This document shows positions 20,728 to 30,692 of a DNA stretch of 64,000 nucleotides, in pieces (the first letter of the stretch is position 1; each line of letters starts with the position of its first letter). Source of the stretch: an uncultured Succinatimonas sp. (GTDB lineage: Bacteria > Pseudomonadota > Gammaproteobacteria > Enterobacterales > Succinivibrionaceae); NCBI GenBank assembly GCA_900317105.1, contig ONFP01000005.1, positions 286 to 64,285 on the forward strand. Reading direction: 5' to 3'. The position numbers were made by a program, and so were the translations under genes. The notes under the pieces were generated by a model. It made no database searches and was not told where the DNA came from. It saw nothing but the letters and a program-made list of their open reading frames with translations.

Positions 20728-21033
20728 CTTTTTTTTTATGAATTTTGTTTTAAATTTATCTTTGAATTCAATTAAATAGCATATATATCCCATTTAAGAC
20801 GTTCTGCTGTTTATTAAAAAAATAAAAAATAATCAATAGATCTTTTTTTACTTTTCCTACTTTTATTCTTTCTTTTTCTGAAAATTTGATTCATCTCTTA
20901 ATTTAGTATGAAATTTCTTCCTATATTTAATATACAGTCACCTAAAATCGTAAGTGATAAAAATTATCAAAAAGTAATTTTTTTTAACTAATTGTTTTAT
21001 CGAAAAATTGTTAAAAAGTTAAAAAAAAAATTT

Positions 21034-21075
21034 TGAGAAATTGATCACAATTGATTTTTTGTGATATAGTTCACG
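21034..21075. promoter_or_regulatory. Tandem CRP-like sites overlapping an extended -10 promoter
   Basis: TGAGA-N6-TCACA (21034-49) and TGTGA-N6-TCACG (21060-75), each 9/10 to TGTGA-N6-TCACA. TG-A-TATAGT at 21062-70, TTGATC at 21041-46. Confidence 0.6.
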
Positions 21076-21135
21076 TACTCCTTATGTTTGTTTGATTGTT
21101 GTCCCCTGATAAATTCTTATTCAGGGGATTTTTCT
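21076..21135 (+). ncRNA. Candidate ~60-nt trans-acting sRNA with anti-SD and GU-rich seed
   Basis: Promoter, then UACUCCUUAUGUUUGUUUGAUUGUUG, then terminator TCCCCTGA/TCAGGGGA with TTTTT. Confidence 0.55.
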
Positions 21136-21299
21136 TTCTGGCCTCTTATTTTATTTTCTCCTCTTAATCTCACTTTTATTGTTAACCTTTTGACTATATT
21201 GTGTCTTTTGCTAAACTACTCTTAGTTTTGATCGTGAATATATTTTGCATAAGTTTTCGGTAGGTATAATGCTGAAAAATTGTATGGAGTCATAAGGTT

Positions 21300-22127
21300 A
21301 TGCAAATTTCTAACATAAAGAACTTAAAGAAGATTTCTCTTGTTGCAGCTTTCGCTATTTCCTCTGCATTTGTATTCAATGGATGTGCTGCTGTAATGGT
21401 AGGCGGTGCTGCTGCAGGTGCTGGCGCCTATATTGGTTCTGATAGTCGCACTGTTGATAAACAGGTTGATGATCAGAAGATTTCAAAGAATGTATTAAGT
21501 ATTCTGAGAAATGATGCAACCAGATCTGACTATAAGGTTTTCCGTGTTGACTGTGTTGTCTTGAATGGTAATGTACTTCTTGTTGGTGAAACTCAGGATA
21601 GAGAATATCTTTCTGAATGTCTTGAAAAGATCAAGCATGTTAAGAATGTTAGAAGAATCTTTAACTGTGTAGAAAATATTCCTCCTGTATCTTCAGGTAC
21701 AGTTGCTTCTGATGCCTATATAACCTCCAAGGTTAAGAGTCTGCTGCTGTTTGGTTCAAAGATCAGTTCAGGCAGATTTAAGGTATATACAGAAAATTCT
21801 GTTGTATATATGATGGGTTATGTAACTCGCAATGAGGCTCAGAGAGCAATCAATCAGGCTCGTAAGGTTGACGGTGTAAAGAAGATTCATCCTATTTTTG
21901 ATTACATGGATGAGACAGGAACTCCTAATTCATCAGACGGTGCTCCTGTTGTTGGAGGAGAATCAGCAGGAACTTCATCTGCAGCCTCTCTGAGTTCATC
22001 AAACGAATATCCTCAAAGCTCATCTTCAATGGCTGCAGAGGTTCAGGGAAATGTTGATAATGGCGGAGCTGTGCTTGAAGAGGATGAGAATCTGTTAGCT
22101 CCAAGTGCTCCTGCTCAAGGCTTCTAA
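21300..22127 (+). CDS. Dual-BON-domain lipoprotein (DolP/YraP-like) with Ser-rich tail
   Basis: Lipobox (FNG-C), two BON repeats (VDD..I..V..LVGE; DAYITSKVKS..V..EN.VVY.MG). Confidence 0.85.
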   Translation: MQISNIKNLKKISLVAAFAISSAFVFNGCAAVMVGGAAAGAGAYIGSDSRTVDKQVDDQKISKNVLSILRNDATRSDYKVFRVDCVVLNGNVLLVGETQDREYLSECLEKIKHVKNVRRIFNCVENIPPVSSGTVASDAYITSKVKSLLLFGSKISSGRFKVYTENSVVYMMGYVTRNEAQRAINQARKVDGVKKIHPIFDYMDETGTPNSSDGAPVVGGESAGTSSAASLSSSNEYPQSSSSMAAEVQGNVDNGGAVLEEDENLLAPSAPAQGF

Positions 22128-22146
22128 GGAAGTATGTATTTGAATC

Positions 22147-23784
22147 ATGTCTTCTAAGAATTCAACTTTATTTTTTGTTGATGCCTACTCACCTAATGAA
22201 GGAGATAGTAATCTTGTTTTAGAGTATGGCATTCTTCGCTGGTCTGAAAACAAATCTGAAAGACCAGAGGTATATGTTCATACTTATCTTAAGCCTCAGG
22301 TAAACTATAACCGGATTCACTGGTCTGAGGCGTCAAAGATGAAGATCTCCCGAGATTTTATTGAAAGCAAGGGTGATCTTCCTGCTATTGAAGACATGAT
22401 TGATGCTGATTATCTTAAACGGAAGAATGTTGTATGTTTTGATGTTTCAGCAGAACCTTTTTCATCTCTAACCTGCAACAGTGAGCATGTTTTCTCTATT
22501 GTCGATGTGTTCGCTGATATTTACGCTGATGATGAGAAAGCCCAGTCCTGTGACACACTGGCAAAGATGTGCGATTATGTTGGACTGATTCCAGACGATA
22601 ACCGCAATACCAATTACACTCCACTGCTAAAGCGTCTTCATCAGATGGCTGCTCTATGGTCATTTCTTGAGGAGCTTCTCCTGAATCCTAAACGCCGTAA
22701 GTCAATTTCTGCCGGCGGTATCCAGCCAAGTTTTATCTGGCCTCTGCCTGAGTCCAAGGATGTCTGGTTTGAAAATGATCCTAAATCCTTTAATGATCTC
22801 TCTGACCGGGAAATTACAGATTTCTTCAGTTCAAATCTTGCCGATCGGCTTGACTGGTTTGAAATGAATATGTATGCCTGCGACTGGCTTTTTAACCGTC
22901 AGCAGCGACCTTTTGCAAGAGAACTCGCTGGACAGAGAGAACTTGCTGAGTTTATTTTTCAGAAGATCCTGTCATTTAGAATGCAGATTTGGATTCTGAT
23001 TTTTTATTCTCAGTTTTTCCATAAAAAAGAGGATTCTCTGACCATTGCAAAAAACAGAGGAGATTTCTCTGTTTTAAGACCAGCTGGTATAGAAAGTTTT
23101 ACCAATTTTATTATTGATAATCTTGATCTGTTTTTATCTGCAGATCAGAAAGCAAGTTTGATTGCCTCATTAATTAATCAGTCTCTTCACGAGAATGATT
23201 CTGTTCCTTTTGAGCATTATGATTATGATGCCTTAAGAAAGAAGGATCATCGTGCTCCTGAAGGCCCAAGACTGTATTTTACCAGTTCCCCTTCACACGG
23301 AAGTGCTGCAGAATGCTATAAGGAAATACGTGATGCTACCGGCAGAACAATTTATATGCGTTTTGAAATCAAGGGAAGAGGTAAAGAGAGGGCTACTCAT
23401 ATCGATACCGTTCTACACCATGTAAACGAGCTTATCAGAGAGGCCTCAAATCCATTTTCTGATATCTGGATGACTCCTGCATTAAAACTGTGGATTCAGT
23501 ACATTACAGGAATCAATTTTACTGATATAGTAAGACCTCAGAAAATGAATGATTCTGAACTTTTGAATTCTGCAAGAATCACTCTAAGAAAGATAATTGA
23601 AAGAGAAGCGAATCCTTATCTTCAGAAGCTTTATGCGAATCTGAATGACTGTGGAAAGCTTATCAAACAGGAAAACATCGATGTTCCTTCAAAAGGATTC
23701 AACTTCCAGGGAATATCTGTTGAGGTTATGATTGTTCCATCCTCAAAGATGGGCTTTATTAAGAGATTATTTTCTTTTGAATAA
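22147..23784 (+). CDS. Hypothetical protein with degenerate DnaQ-like N-terminal domain (545 aa)
   Basis: FVDAY..VLEYG..HTYLKP..I resembles a DEDDh fold, but the catalytic motifs are incomplete. Confidence 0.6.
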   Translation: MSSKNSTLFFVDAYSPNEGDSNLVLEYGILRWSENKSERPEVYVHTYLKPQVNYNRIHWSEASKMKISRDFIESKGDLPAIEDMIDADYLKRKNVVCFDVSAEPFSSLTCNSEHVFSIVDVFADIYADDEKAQSCDTLAKMCDYVGLIPDDNRNTNYTPLLKRLHQMAALWSFLEELLLNPKRRKSISAGGIQPSFIWPLPESKDVWFENDPKSFNDLSDREITDFFSSNLADRLDWFEMNMYACDWLFNRQQRPFARELAGQRELAEFIFQKILSFRMQIWILIFYSQFFHKKEDSLTIAKNRGDFSVLRPAGIESFTNFIIDNLDLFLSADQKASLIASLINQSLHENDSVPFEHYDYDALRKKDHRAPEGPRLYFTSSPSHGSAAECYKEIRDATGRTIYMRFEIKGRGKERATHIDTVLHHVNELIREASNPFSDIWMTPALKLWIQYITGINFTDIVRPQKMNDSELLNSARITLRKIIEREANPYLQKLYANLNDCGKLIKQENIDVPSKGFNFQGISVEVMIVPSSKMGFIKRLFSFE

Positions 23785-24595
23785 TATCAGATTATTTATC
23801 GCTGTATTTCTGTCTCTATTTTTGAGTTTTAGCTCATATGCTATGTCACCTGAAACATCAGCAGAGTCTATTGGTGAATACGCAAATGGATGTATCAAGG
23901 GTGCAGTGGAGCTTAAAGACGGCAAGAATTATCAGGTTCAGCGCTGGGGAAATTCCCGCAATTTTGGTCATCCTGAGCTAATTGACTATATCAACAAGTT
24001 AGTAGCTAAAGCAAAGAAAGCAGGTCTGCCGGATCTTCTTGTCGGTGATCTGTCTAGACCTTTGGGCGGCTCATTCGGTTCAGCATCAAATCATGGCTCT
24101 CATCAGATTGGTCTAGATGTTGATATTTCCTTTGATTTTTCCTCACCTCGCAAGAGCCAGTATGAACTTACCCATCCTGAGGATGTTTATATTGTTGATA
24201 CCAAGAACAGACCAACCAAGTTCTTTGATAACAACCGAGTTGCCTTGCTTTACATGGCGGCTCAGGATCCTCGTGTTGAAAGGATCTTTGTAGCTCCTGG
24301 CATTAAAAGAACTCTGTGTCAGATTTATGAAGGCCATGACAAATCCTGGCTACAGAAAATCAGACCCTGGTTCGGTCATAGAGGTCATATGCATGTAAGA
24401 CTCGGATGTCCTGTAGACAGTCCTGCATGTGTAAGGCAGGCAAAGGCACCTAGAGGAGATGGCTGTGGTGCAGAACTTGCCTCATGGTTTGTTCCACCTC
24501 CTCCTTCAACAAAACCGGCCAAGCCTAAGGTAAAACCTAAGAAGATTCCTCCTGCAAGGTGTCAGGCTATGTTTAAAGAGAATAACTATAATTAG
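23777..24595 (+). CDS. mepA: Penicillin-insensitive murein endopeptidase
   Basis: SIGEYANGCIKGA, FGHPEL, HGSHQIGLDVDI, RPWFGHRGHMHVRL. Probable TTG start at 23777 gives a signal peptide; the ORF track starts at 23732. Confidence 0.92.
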   Translation: MNNIRLFIAVFLSLFLSFSSYAMSPETSAESIGEYANGCIKGAVELKDGKNYQVQRWGNSRNFGHPELIDYINKLVAKAKKAGLPDLLVGDLSRPLGGSFGSASNHGSHQIGLDVDISFDFSSPRKSQYELTHPEDVYIVDTKNRPTKFFDNNRVALLYMAAQDPRVERIFVAPGIKRTLCQIYEGHDKSWLQKIRPWFGHRGHMHVRLGCPVDSPACVRQAKAPRGDGCGAELASWFVPPPPSTKPAKPKVKPKKIPPARCQAMFKENNYN

Positions 24596-24897
24596 TTCAT
24601 ATGGAGCGGATAATCTTCGCTCTATATTGAGGTCTTTTTTTCAATATATCTTTTAAAAAGCCAGAAATTGGATTCTATGCTCTTTGAGTCCTGATATGCC
24701 CTCATACATCAAGAAATCTGTTTCGCCTGTAAAATAATTCCTGTTTCTTCTCTAACATTCCTTTTTGGTGCCTATAGTTTGAGGTAATGAAGTTATCCAA
24801 AAGTCCTAAAACTGTGCAAAAGTAACATTATTTCTCTTTGCTAAAGAATATCTTGTAAACTCAACACTATATTTTACAGATGTATTTTGGAGTTTTA

Positions 24898-25902
24898 ATG
24901 TTAAGTGTTGCTGTTGTAGGCGCGAGTGGATATGCAGGTGCAGAATTATGCCGCATTTTCAGTGCACATAATGAGGTTTGTTTAAAACACCTGTATGTAT
25001 CAGAAAATTCACTTGATAAGAATAAGAAGATTTCAGATTTGTACGGTTCTTTAAGAGGTCGCTGTGATCTTGTTCTAGAGCCAATGAGTGATCCAAAGTC
25101 TTTAATTGGAGAGGTCGATGCCGTCTTTCTGGCAACTGACCACAAGGTAAGTCACGATGTAGCTCCTGTACTGACAGCATCAGGAATCGCTGTGTTTGAT
25201 TTATCTGGAGCCTTCAGAATTTCAGATCTTAATGTTTTTGCTGAAGCTTATGGTTTTGAACATGAGTATCCAGAGCTTTTGGCTTCCGCAGTTTATGCTC
25301 TGCCTGAGTTTGTTGATCTCAAGGCATTACGTGCCACTAAGATGATTTCTCTTCCTGGCTGTTATCCTACTGCTTCTCAGTTGGCGCTTCGTCCTCTGAT
25401 TGACTCCGGGCTTTTGGATCTGAACTATCGTCCATCAATCAATGCGGTGTCTGGCGTATCAGGAGCAGGAAGAAAAGCAAAACTCACCAATTCCTTCTGT
25501 GAGGTCAGCTTAAATGCCTATGGAGTGTTTACTCATCGTCATCAACCTGAAATAGCAGAACACCTTGGAACTGAGGTTATATTCACTCCTCATTTGGGTG
25601 ATTTTAAACGCGGTATTCATGCAACAATAAATGCAAAACTCAAGGACAATGTAACCGCCGAGCAGGTTAAGAAGGCTTTCGCTGTATATGACAACAAGCC
25701 TCTTGTAAGAGTAAAGGAAGGTATGCCAAAACTTATGGATGTTCAGTATCTTCCATACTGTGATATTGGTTATGCCATGAAAGATGGCTATATTGTAGTA
25801 TGTTCATGTATAGACAACCTGTTAAAAGGGGCTTCAGCTCAGGCCGTGCAAGTTTTCAATCTATACTATGGATTTGATGAGCTAAAGGGACTCTTTGGTT
25901 AA
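24898..25902 (+). CDS. argC: N-acetyl-gamma-glutamyl-phosphate reductase
   Basis: VVGASGYAG, DLSGAFR, PGCYPT, SGVSGAG, DNLLKGASAQA. ATG at 24898 follows GGAG. Confidence 0.96.
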   Translation: MLSVAVVGASGYAGAELCRIFSAHNEVCLKHLYVSENSLDKNKKISDLYGSLRGRCDLVLEPMSDPKSLIGEVDAVFLATDHKVSHDVAPVLTASGIAVFDLSGAFRISDLNVFAEAYGFEHEYPELLASAVYALPEFVDLKALRATKMISLPGCYPTASQLALRPLIDSGLLDLNYRPSINAVSGVSGAGRKAKLTNSFCEVSLNAYGVFTHRHQPEIAEHLGTEVIFTPHLGDFKRGIHATINAKLKDNVTAEQVKKAFAVYDNKPLVRVKEGMPKLMDVQYLPYCDIGYAMKDGYIVVCSCIDNLLKGASAQAVQVFNLYYGFDELKGLFG

Positions 25903-25965
25903 TCTGAAGAGATTTTAGTGGTATTTTTGGTAGATCATAAAAGATCTTCAGTTGAGTATCGTGTA

Positions 25966-26727
25966 ATGACTGAAAATACTGTTGTTATAAAGCTAAGTGG
26001 CAAGGCTCTGGATGGACAGAAAGAGCTGGGCGAGCTTTTTGCAGCTGCTCACTCTTCACGTGTAGTGATTGTCCATGGTGGCGGTGTTGAGGTTGATTCC
26101 CTGTTTAAAGATCTGAATCTTAAGGTAGAAAAGAAGAATGGTCTTAGAGTCAGCCCAAAGGAACATATGCCATTTATCAGTGCCGCCCTTTGCGGAATGT
26201 GTAATAAGAAGCTACAGGCTTTAGCTGTAAAGAATGGTCTCAAAGCGATCGGTATGATAGCAAGTGACGGCAATTCTTTAGGTGTAGAGCAGCTTTCTGC
26301 CGATCTTGGTATGGTCGGAAAAGTTTCCCCTGTATCTGCTGATTACATAAATATGCTTCTGGACGGTGGCTATACACCTGTAATCGCATCTGTTGCATTC
26401 GATTCTGAAGGACAGATGTATAACGTCAATGCAGATGATGTAGCCTCAGCTATCGGACTTCTACTGTCTGCTCCTGTCTATTTTATTTCTGATGTGCCTG
26501 GGGTTCTGGATAAGGAAGGCAAGCTTATACCTTCATTAAATGAAGCGCAGCTGGAAAGCCTTATTGCAGATGGTACCATCAGTGGCGGTATGCAGGTAAA
26601 GGTAAAGAGTGCTGTTGAAACAGCCAGATTCATCGGTAAGCCTGTTTATATCGCATCCTTTAAAGATCCTTTACTAAAAGAGATCGTATCTTCACGGCAT
26701 CGGCTTGGAACTGCTATTGAACTCTAA
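25966..26727 (+). CDS. argB: Acetylglutamate kinase
   Basis: VIKLSG, VHGGG, NVNAD, SDVPGV, GGMQVKV. Confidence 0.94.
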   Translation: MTENTVVIKLSGKALDGQKELGELFAAAHSSRVVIVHGGGVEVDSLFKDLNLKVEKKNGLRVSPKEHMPFISAALCGMCNKKLQALAVKNGLKAIGMIASDGNSLGVEQLSADLGMVGKVSPVSADYINMLLDGGYTPVIASVAFDSEGQMYNVNADDVASAIGLLLSAPVYFISDVPGVLDKEGKLIPSLNEAQLESLIADGTISGGMQVKVKSAVETARFIGKPVYIASFKDPLLKEIVSSRHRLGTAIEL

Positions 26728-26776
26728 TGAGAGTTATGGAATTTCAGGTTTAATTTTTTTTCGTGGAGAATAATAT

Positions 26777-27433
26777 ATGCCACCTATCACTCAGGAATCA
26801 TCCTTCTACATACTGGATGAATTAAAGAACAATACCTTGGAAGAGATTTACGATAAGATTGCAGATCTTCGTGCTGAGCACAAGATCAGCGATGAAGAGC
26901 TTATTGCAATTAAAGATTCTCTTGTTAATCTCAATCAGATTTTCCTAAAACAGGAACATGCAAGTTTTACTGTAAGACAGGCAACACTGGCTGATGTAGA
27001 TGCCCTGATGGATATGATTGAATACTGGGCTAAACAGGGACAGAATCTGCCTCGTAAGCGTAACGACATAATTAGAGGCATTCAGACCTTTGCTGTTTGT
27101 GTTAAAGACTCTCAGGTTATGGGCTGCGCCTGTCTTTATGTGTATGATTCTGGTCTTGCGGAAATCCGTTCTTTAGGTGTTTCTCCTGTGGTTCAGAGAC
27201 AGGGACAGGGCAGAGCTATTGTTAATTATCTTTTAAAGAGAGCTGCAAAGATGTTTATCAAGAGAGTCTTTGTTTTAACACGCTCTCCTGAATTTTTCTC
27301 AAAGGTTGGTTTCCAGAAAACTGTAATTGAAGCTTTGCCTGAGAAGATTCTAAAAGATTGTGAAAACTGCCCTAAACGTGCCACCTGTGATGAAGTTGCA
27401 TACATTTACGATGTTAATAAGGAGAATGCATAA
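26777..27433 (+). CDS. argA: Short GNAT-type N-acetylglutamate synthase (like the Arg(A) module of Vibrio/Moritella ArgH(A))
   Basis: YWA.G.NLPR.R, CA.LYVYDSGLAEIRSLG, VFVLTR.PEFF, LPEKILKDC..CP....CDEVA. Located within the arg cluster. Confidence 0.8.
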   Translation: MPPITQESSFYILDELKNNTLEEIYDKIADLRAEHKISDEELIAIKDSLVNLNQIFLKQEHASFTVRQATLADVDALMDMIEYWAKQGQNLPRKRNDIIRGIQTFAVCVKDSQVMGCACLYVYDSGLAEIRSLGVSPVVQRQGQGRAIVNYLLKRAAKMFIKRVFVLTRSPEFFSKVGFQKTVIEALPEKILKDCENCPKRATCDEVAYIYDVNKENA

Positions 27434-28638
27434 TGAAGATTACAAGAAAGACCTTTGATGAGGTAATGTTCCCTTGCTACAACCCTATGAACATGGTTAT
27501 CAAGAAGGCTCATGGGGCATACATCTATGATAACAAGGGCAATAAATACACTGATCTTACCTCTGGAATTGCAGTTAATCTTCTTGGTCATACTCCTAAA
27601 GGTGTAGTCGATGTTATCAAAAAGGCCTCTGCCAACCTGATTCATGTAAGTAATATCTTCTGCAATGAATATACTCTGACCTTAGCTTCAAAACTTGTAA
27701 AGAAAACCGGTTATGAGAAGGTATTCTTTGTAAATTCTGGTGCAGAATCAAATGAGACTGCCCTAAAGCTGGCCCGTAGAGTTGCATTTGATCTCTATGG
27801 CGAGGATAAGAATGAGATTATCTCCTTTAACAACAGCTTTCATGGCAGAACTTTCTTCTCGGTAACAGTTGGTGGTCAGGAGAGTTATTCTGACGGTTTC
27901 GGTCCAAAGCCTGCAGCTATTACTCATATTCCCTACAATGATACCAAGACCTTTGAGAATACTATCTCTGATAAGACCTGTGCTGTGATCCTGGAGCCTA
28001 TTCAGGGAGAAGGCGGTATTATCACTGCAGATAATGATTTCTTAATTAAGGTTAGAGAGCTTTGTGACAAATATAATGCAGCGCTGATCTTCGATGAGGT
28101 TCAGACTGGTGTTGCAAGATGCGGAACTCTGTATGCCTATGAGCAGACTCCTGTAAAGCCTGATATTCTGACTTCAGCCAAGGGCCTGGCTTCAGGTCTT
28201 CCTATAGGTGCAGTTTTAACCTACGATAAGTTTGCTTCTCACTTTGTTCCAGGAACCCATGGTTCAACCTTTGGCGGTAATCCTCTGGCATGTGCCGTTG
28301 GTGCATATATTATCGACAAGGTAAGTGAAAAGTCATTCCTTAATAAGGTAAATAAGACTCATGATTATATTGTTGAGAAAGTCTCCAAACTTAATGAGAA
28401 GTATCATGTATTCAAGGAAGTAAGAGGTAAGGGCTTATTATTAGGTCTGGTACTAGATGATCAGTATGCAGGTAAATCATCAGAACTTCAGAAACTCTGC
28501 TTTAAACACAAGCTGTTAACACTTACTGCTCATGCCGATGTTCTTCGCCTCGCTCCTGCTCTGAATATCAGTCATAAGGTTGTAGATGAAGCTATTTCTT
28601 TACTGGATAAGGCTGTAAAGGACTTTGTTGCGGAATAA
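27433..28638 (+). CDS. argD: Acetylornithine aminotransferase
   Basis: NSGAESNE, FHGRT, DEVQTG, TSAKGL, HGSTFGGNPLA. Confidence 0.94.
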   Translation: MKITRKTFDEVMFPCYNPMNMVIKKAHGAYIYDNKGNKYTDLTSGIAVNLLGHTPKGVVDVIKKASANLIHVSNIFCNEYTLTLASKLVKKTGYEKVFFVNSGAESNETALKLARRVAFDLYGEDKNEIISFNNSFHGRTFFSVTVGGQESYSDGFGPKPAAITHIPYNDTKTFENTISDKTCAVILEPIQGEGGIITADNDFLIKVRELCDKYNAALIFDEVQTGVARCGTLYAYEQTPVKPDILTSAKGLASGLPIGAVLTYDKFASHFVPGTHGSTFGGNPLACAVGAYIIDKVSEKSFLNKVNKTHDYIVEKVSKLNEKYHVFKEVRGKGLLLGLVLDDQYAGKSSELQKLCFKHKLLTLTAHADVLRLAPALNISHKVVDEAISLLDKAVKDFVAE

Positions 28639-28675
28639 TTTTTAATTACCGTTTTTTGAATTTTGTTTTTTCGTT

Positions 28676-28710
28676 AATCACCAGTAATGTTTTTTATTGG
28701 TGATTTTTTT
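28676..28710 (+). terminator. arg operon terminator
   Basis: AATCACCAGTAA/TTATTGGTGATT followed by T5. Confidence 0.8.
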
Positions 28711-28735
28711 CACGATTATTTTTGAGACCTTAACT

Positions 28736-29140
28736 ATGTCTGTTTCCTACAAAGATACTCATGATTTTACCAGCCAGGAGCTTGAAGAGCTTTTTTTGTC
28801 TGTAGAATGGTCTTCCGGTCATTTTCCTGACAAACTGGTTGTAGCCATGAGGAATTTCTCCACTGTCTTTTCTGCCTGGGATGGCGATAGGCTCGTTGGA
28901 ATGGTTTGTGCCATGGATGATGGAATTATGAATGCGTATGTGCATTATCTCCTGGTTAATCCTGCGTATCAGCAGCAGAAAATAGGCAGGACTCTAGTAT
29001 CCATGATCAAGGAAAAGTATAAGGACTACCTTCGAATTGCAGTCATTGCTTACAATGATGAACTGCATTTCTACAGTGATTGCGGGTTTGTAAAATCAAA
29101 AGATGCTTCTCCAATGTTTATCACATCTCTTTGGACTTAA
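28736..29140 (+). CDS. GNAT-family acetyltransferase
   Basis: LVGMVCAMDDG..AYVHYLLVNPAYQQQKIG (acetyl-CoA-binding motif A), FY..CGF. Confidence 0.85.
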   Translation: MSVSYKDTHDFTSQELEELFLSVEWSSGHFPDKLVVAMRNFSTVFSAWDGDRLVGMVCAMDDGIMNAYVHYLLVNPAYQQQKIGRTLVSMIKEKYKDYLRIAVIAYNDELHFYSDCGFVKSKDASPMFITSLWT

Positions 29141-29173
29141 TAATTTTTGATCTGAAAACGTGTGTAGGTATTC

Positions 29174-29222
29174 TTCCTCCAAATCTTAAAAAAAAATGAG
29201 ATTTGGCGGAAAAATAATTCTA
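29174..29222. repeat. 49-bp palindromic direct repeat, copy A (includes the ATPase stop codon)
   Basis: TTCCTCCAAATCTTAAAAAAAAATGAGATTTGGCGGAAAAATAATTCTA, identical to 30693-30741. Confidence 0.95.
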
Positions 29223-30650
29223 AGAGATAAATAAGTCATCCAAAACAATCTGATTCTGAATCAGACTACTGTATTGGTTTTTCTTAAGCCCGAAGGTTGT
29301 AATTATTACAAGTTGTATTGTCCCTTTGTAATTAGTGTCTCTCCTAAATGCTTCAACCTTGTTGCGTAGTTTTAAATCATAATCTTTGTCTATTGAGTAT
29401 TCTCCGGTTGAGAATTTGATTTCACAGAGATTAGTTACGTGGTCTCTTCTTGATATAAGAAGATCGATCTGCGCTCCTTGTATCTCTGTATCACCTCTTA
29501 CATACCATGAAGATTCTTCTGAAAGAACCCCTGAAATACCTAGCTTCTTCTTGATTGAAGTGACGTGATCTCGGCAGATTTGTTCAAATACAAGTCCTTC
29601 CCATGTTCTTTTAGCAGGATTATCAACTGCATTACTCCAATAATGCTCGTCTTTACCGTAATTGTCTTTTATGAATTTAAAGTAGAATGAGGTATAGTAA
29701 TCACATAGCTGGTACAGGGCATTTTTTTTCTTTTTATTAAAGAAGTTAGATATTCTGATAAATCCAGAGAGTTCAAGATTTTTAAGAATGACTGATAGTT
29801 CTCCTCCAGTTTGTCGACCCGTTGATTTAAGTAGTTCCTCTCTTGTTAATCCACCTTTTTTCTTACTTAAAGATTCAACAACTTTTATATAGCTGGCACT
29901 GTTTGTAAATAGAGTTCTGTATAGATGCTCAAATTCATCACTTAATTCTCCTCTATCTGTGAAGAACAATGCATCGACATTCTGTGATAGGGATAATTTA
30001 CTGTTCAGAAGGCTCAGATAGTATGGGATTCCTCCCATAATCATGTAGCATTGAACTATATCGTATCGAGACCATTCTATATTTTTTGACTGAAGGTATT
30101 CTTCAACCTCATTTAAGGAAAATGGTTTTAGGAACAGTTTACAGGTCTGACGATTAAATAAACCACCCTTATTATTTGCTATTTTTTCATCCATCCATGA
30201 GGTTGCAGAGCCGCAGACAATAAATATAAGATTTCTTCTTGTTGAAGCCCAGTCATTCCAGAACCACTCAAATGCTGCAAGAAAACTGGATTTTTGAGTG
30301 TCCAACCACGGCATTTCGTCAAAGAAAATAACCTGCTTTTCATTTGTGTCTAGCGTTTCAAGATAATCTCTCAGACTATTAAAAGCTTCAAACCAGTCCT
30401 TTGAATTCAGTTTATTAACTCCATTCTGTCGAGACAGAGAGGTATCAAAAATTTTGAGTTGAACCTCTTTCGGCTGACCGTAGGATCCTGTTATCTTAAA
30501 GGCAAATCTGTTTTCAAAATATTCATTGATAAGATAGGTTTTACCAACACGTCTTCTTCCGTAGACAATAACTAACTGAGCCTGATCTGCATTCATGCAT
30601 TCGTCAAGCCTTTCACATTCTTTTTTTCTTCCAATTATTTTTCTGTTCAT
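29220..30650 (-). CDS. AAA+ ATPase with winged helix and C-terminal DUF234 / PD-(D/E)xK-like domain (COG1672-like)
   Basis: Walker A GRRRVGKT, Walker B IFFDEMPW, GGIPYYL, C-terminal QIDLLI..NLCEIKF. Confidence 0.88.
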   Translation of the reverse strand: MNRKIIGRKKECERLDECMNADQAQLVIVYGRRRVGKTYLINEYFENRFAFKITGSYGQPKEVQLKIFDTSLSRQNGVNKLNSKDWFEAFNSLRDYLETLDTNEKQVIFFDEMPWLDTQKSSFLAAFEWFWNDWASTRRNLIFIVCGSATSWMDEKIANNKGGLFNRQTCKLFLKPFSLNEVEEYLQSKNIEWSRYDIVQCYMIMGGIPYYLSLLNSKLSLSQNVDALFFTDRGELSDEFEHLYRTLFTNSASYIKVVESLSKKKGGLTREELLKSTGRQTGGELSVILKNLELSGFIRISNFFNKKKKNALYQLCDYYTSFYFKFIKDNYGKDEHYWSNAVDNPAKRTWEGLVFEQICRDHVTSIKKKLGISGVLSEESSWYVRGDTEIQGAQIDLLISRRDHVTNLCEIKFSTGEYSIDKDYDLKLRNKVEAFRRDTNYKGTIQLVIITTFGLKKNQYSSLIQNQIVLDDLFIS

Positions 30651-30657
30651 ATGATTA

Positions 30658-30686
30658 AGCATAGCTTTAATAGCTTATGATTTCAA
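30658..30686 (-). promoter_or_regulatory. Promoter of the ATPase gene, probably leaderless
   Basis: TTGAAA-17-TATGCT, 7 nt before the ATG at 30650. No SD sequence. Confidence 0.55.
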
Positions 30687-30692
30687 TTATTA

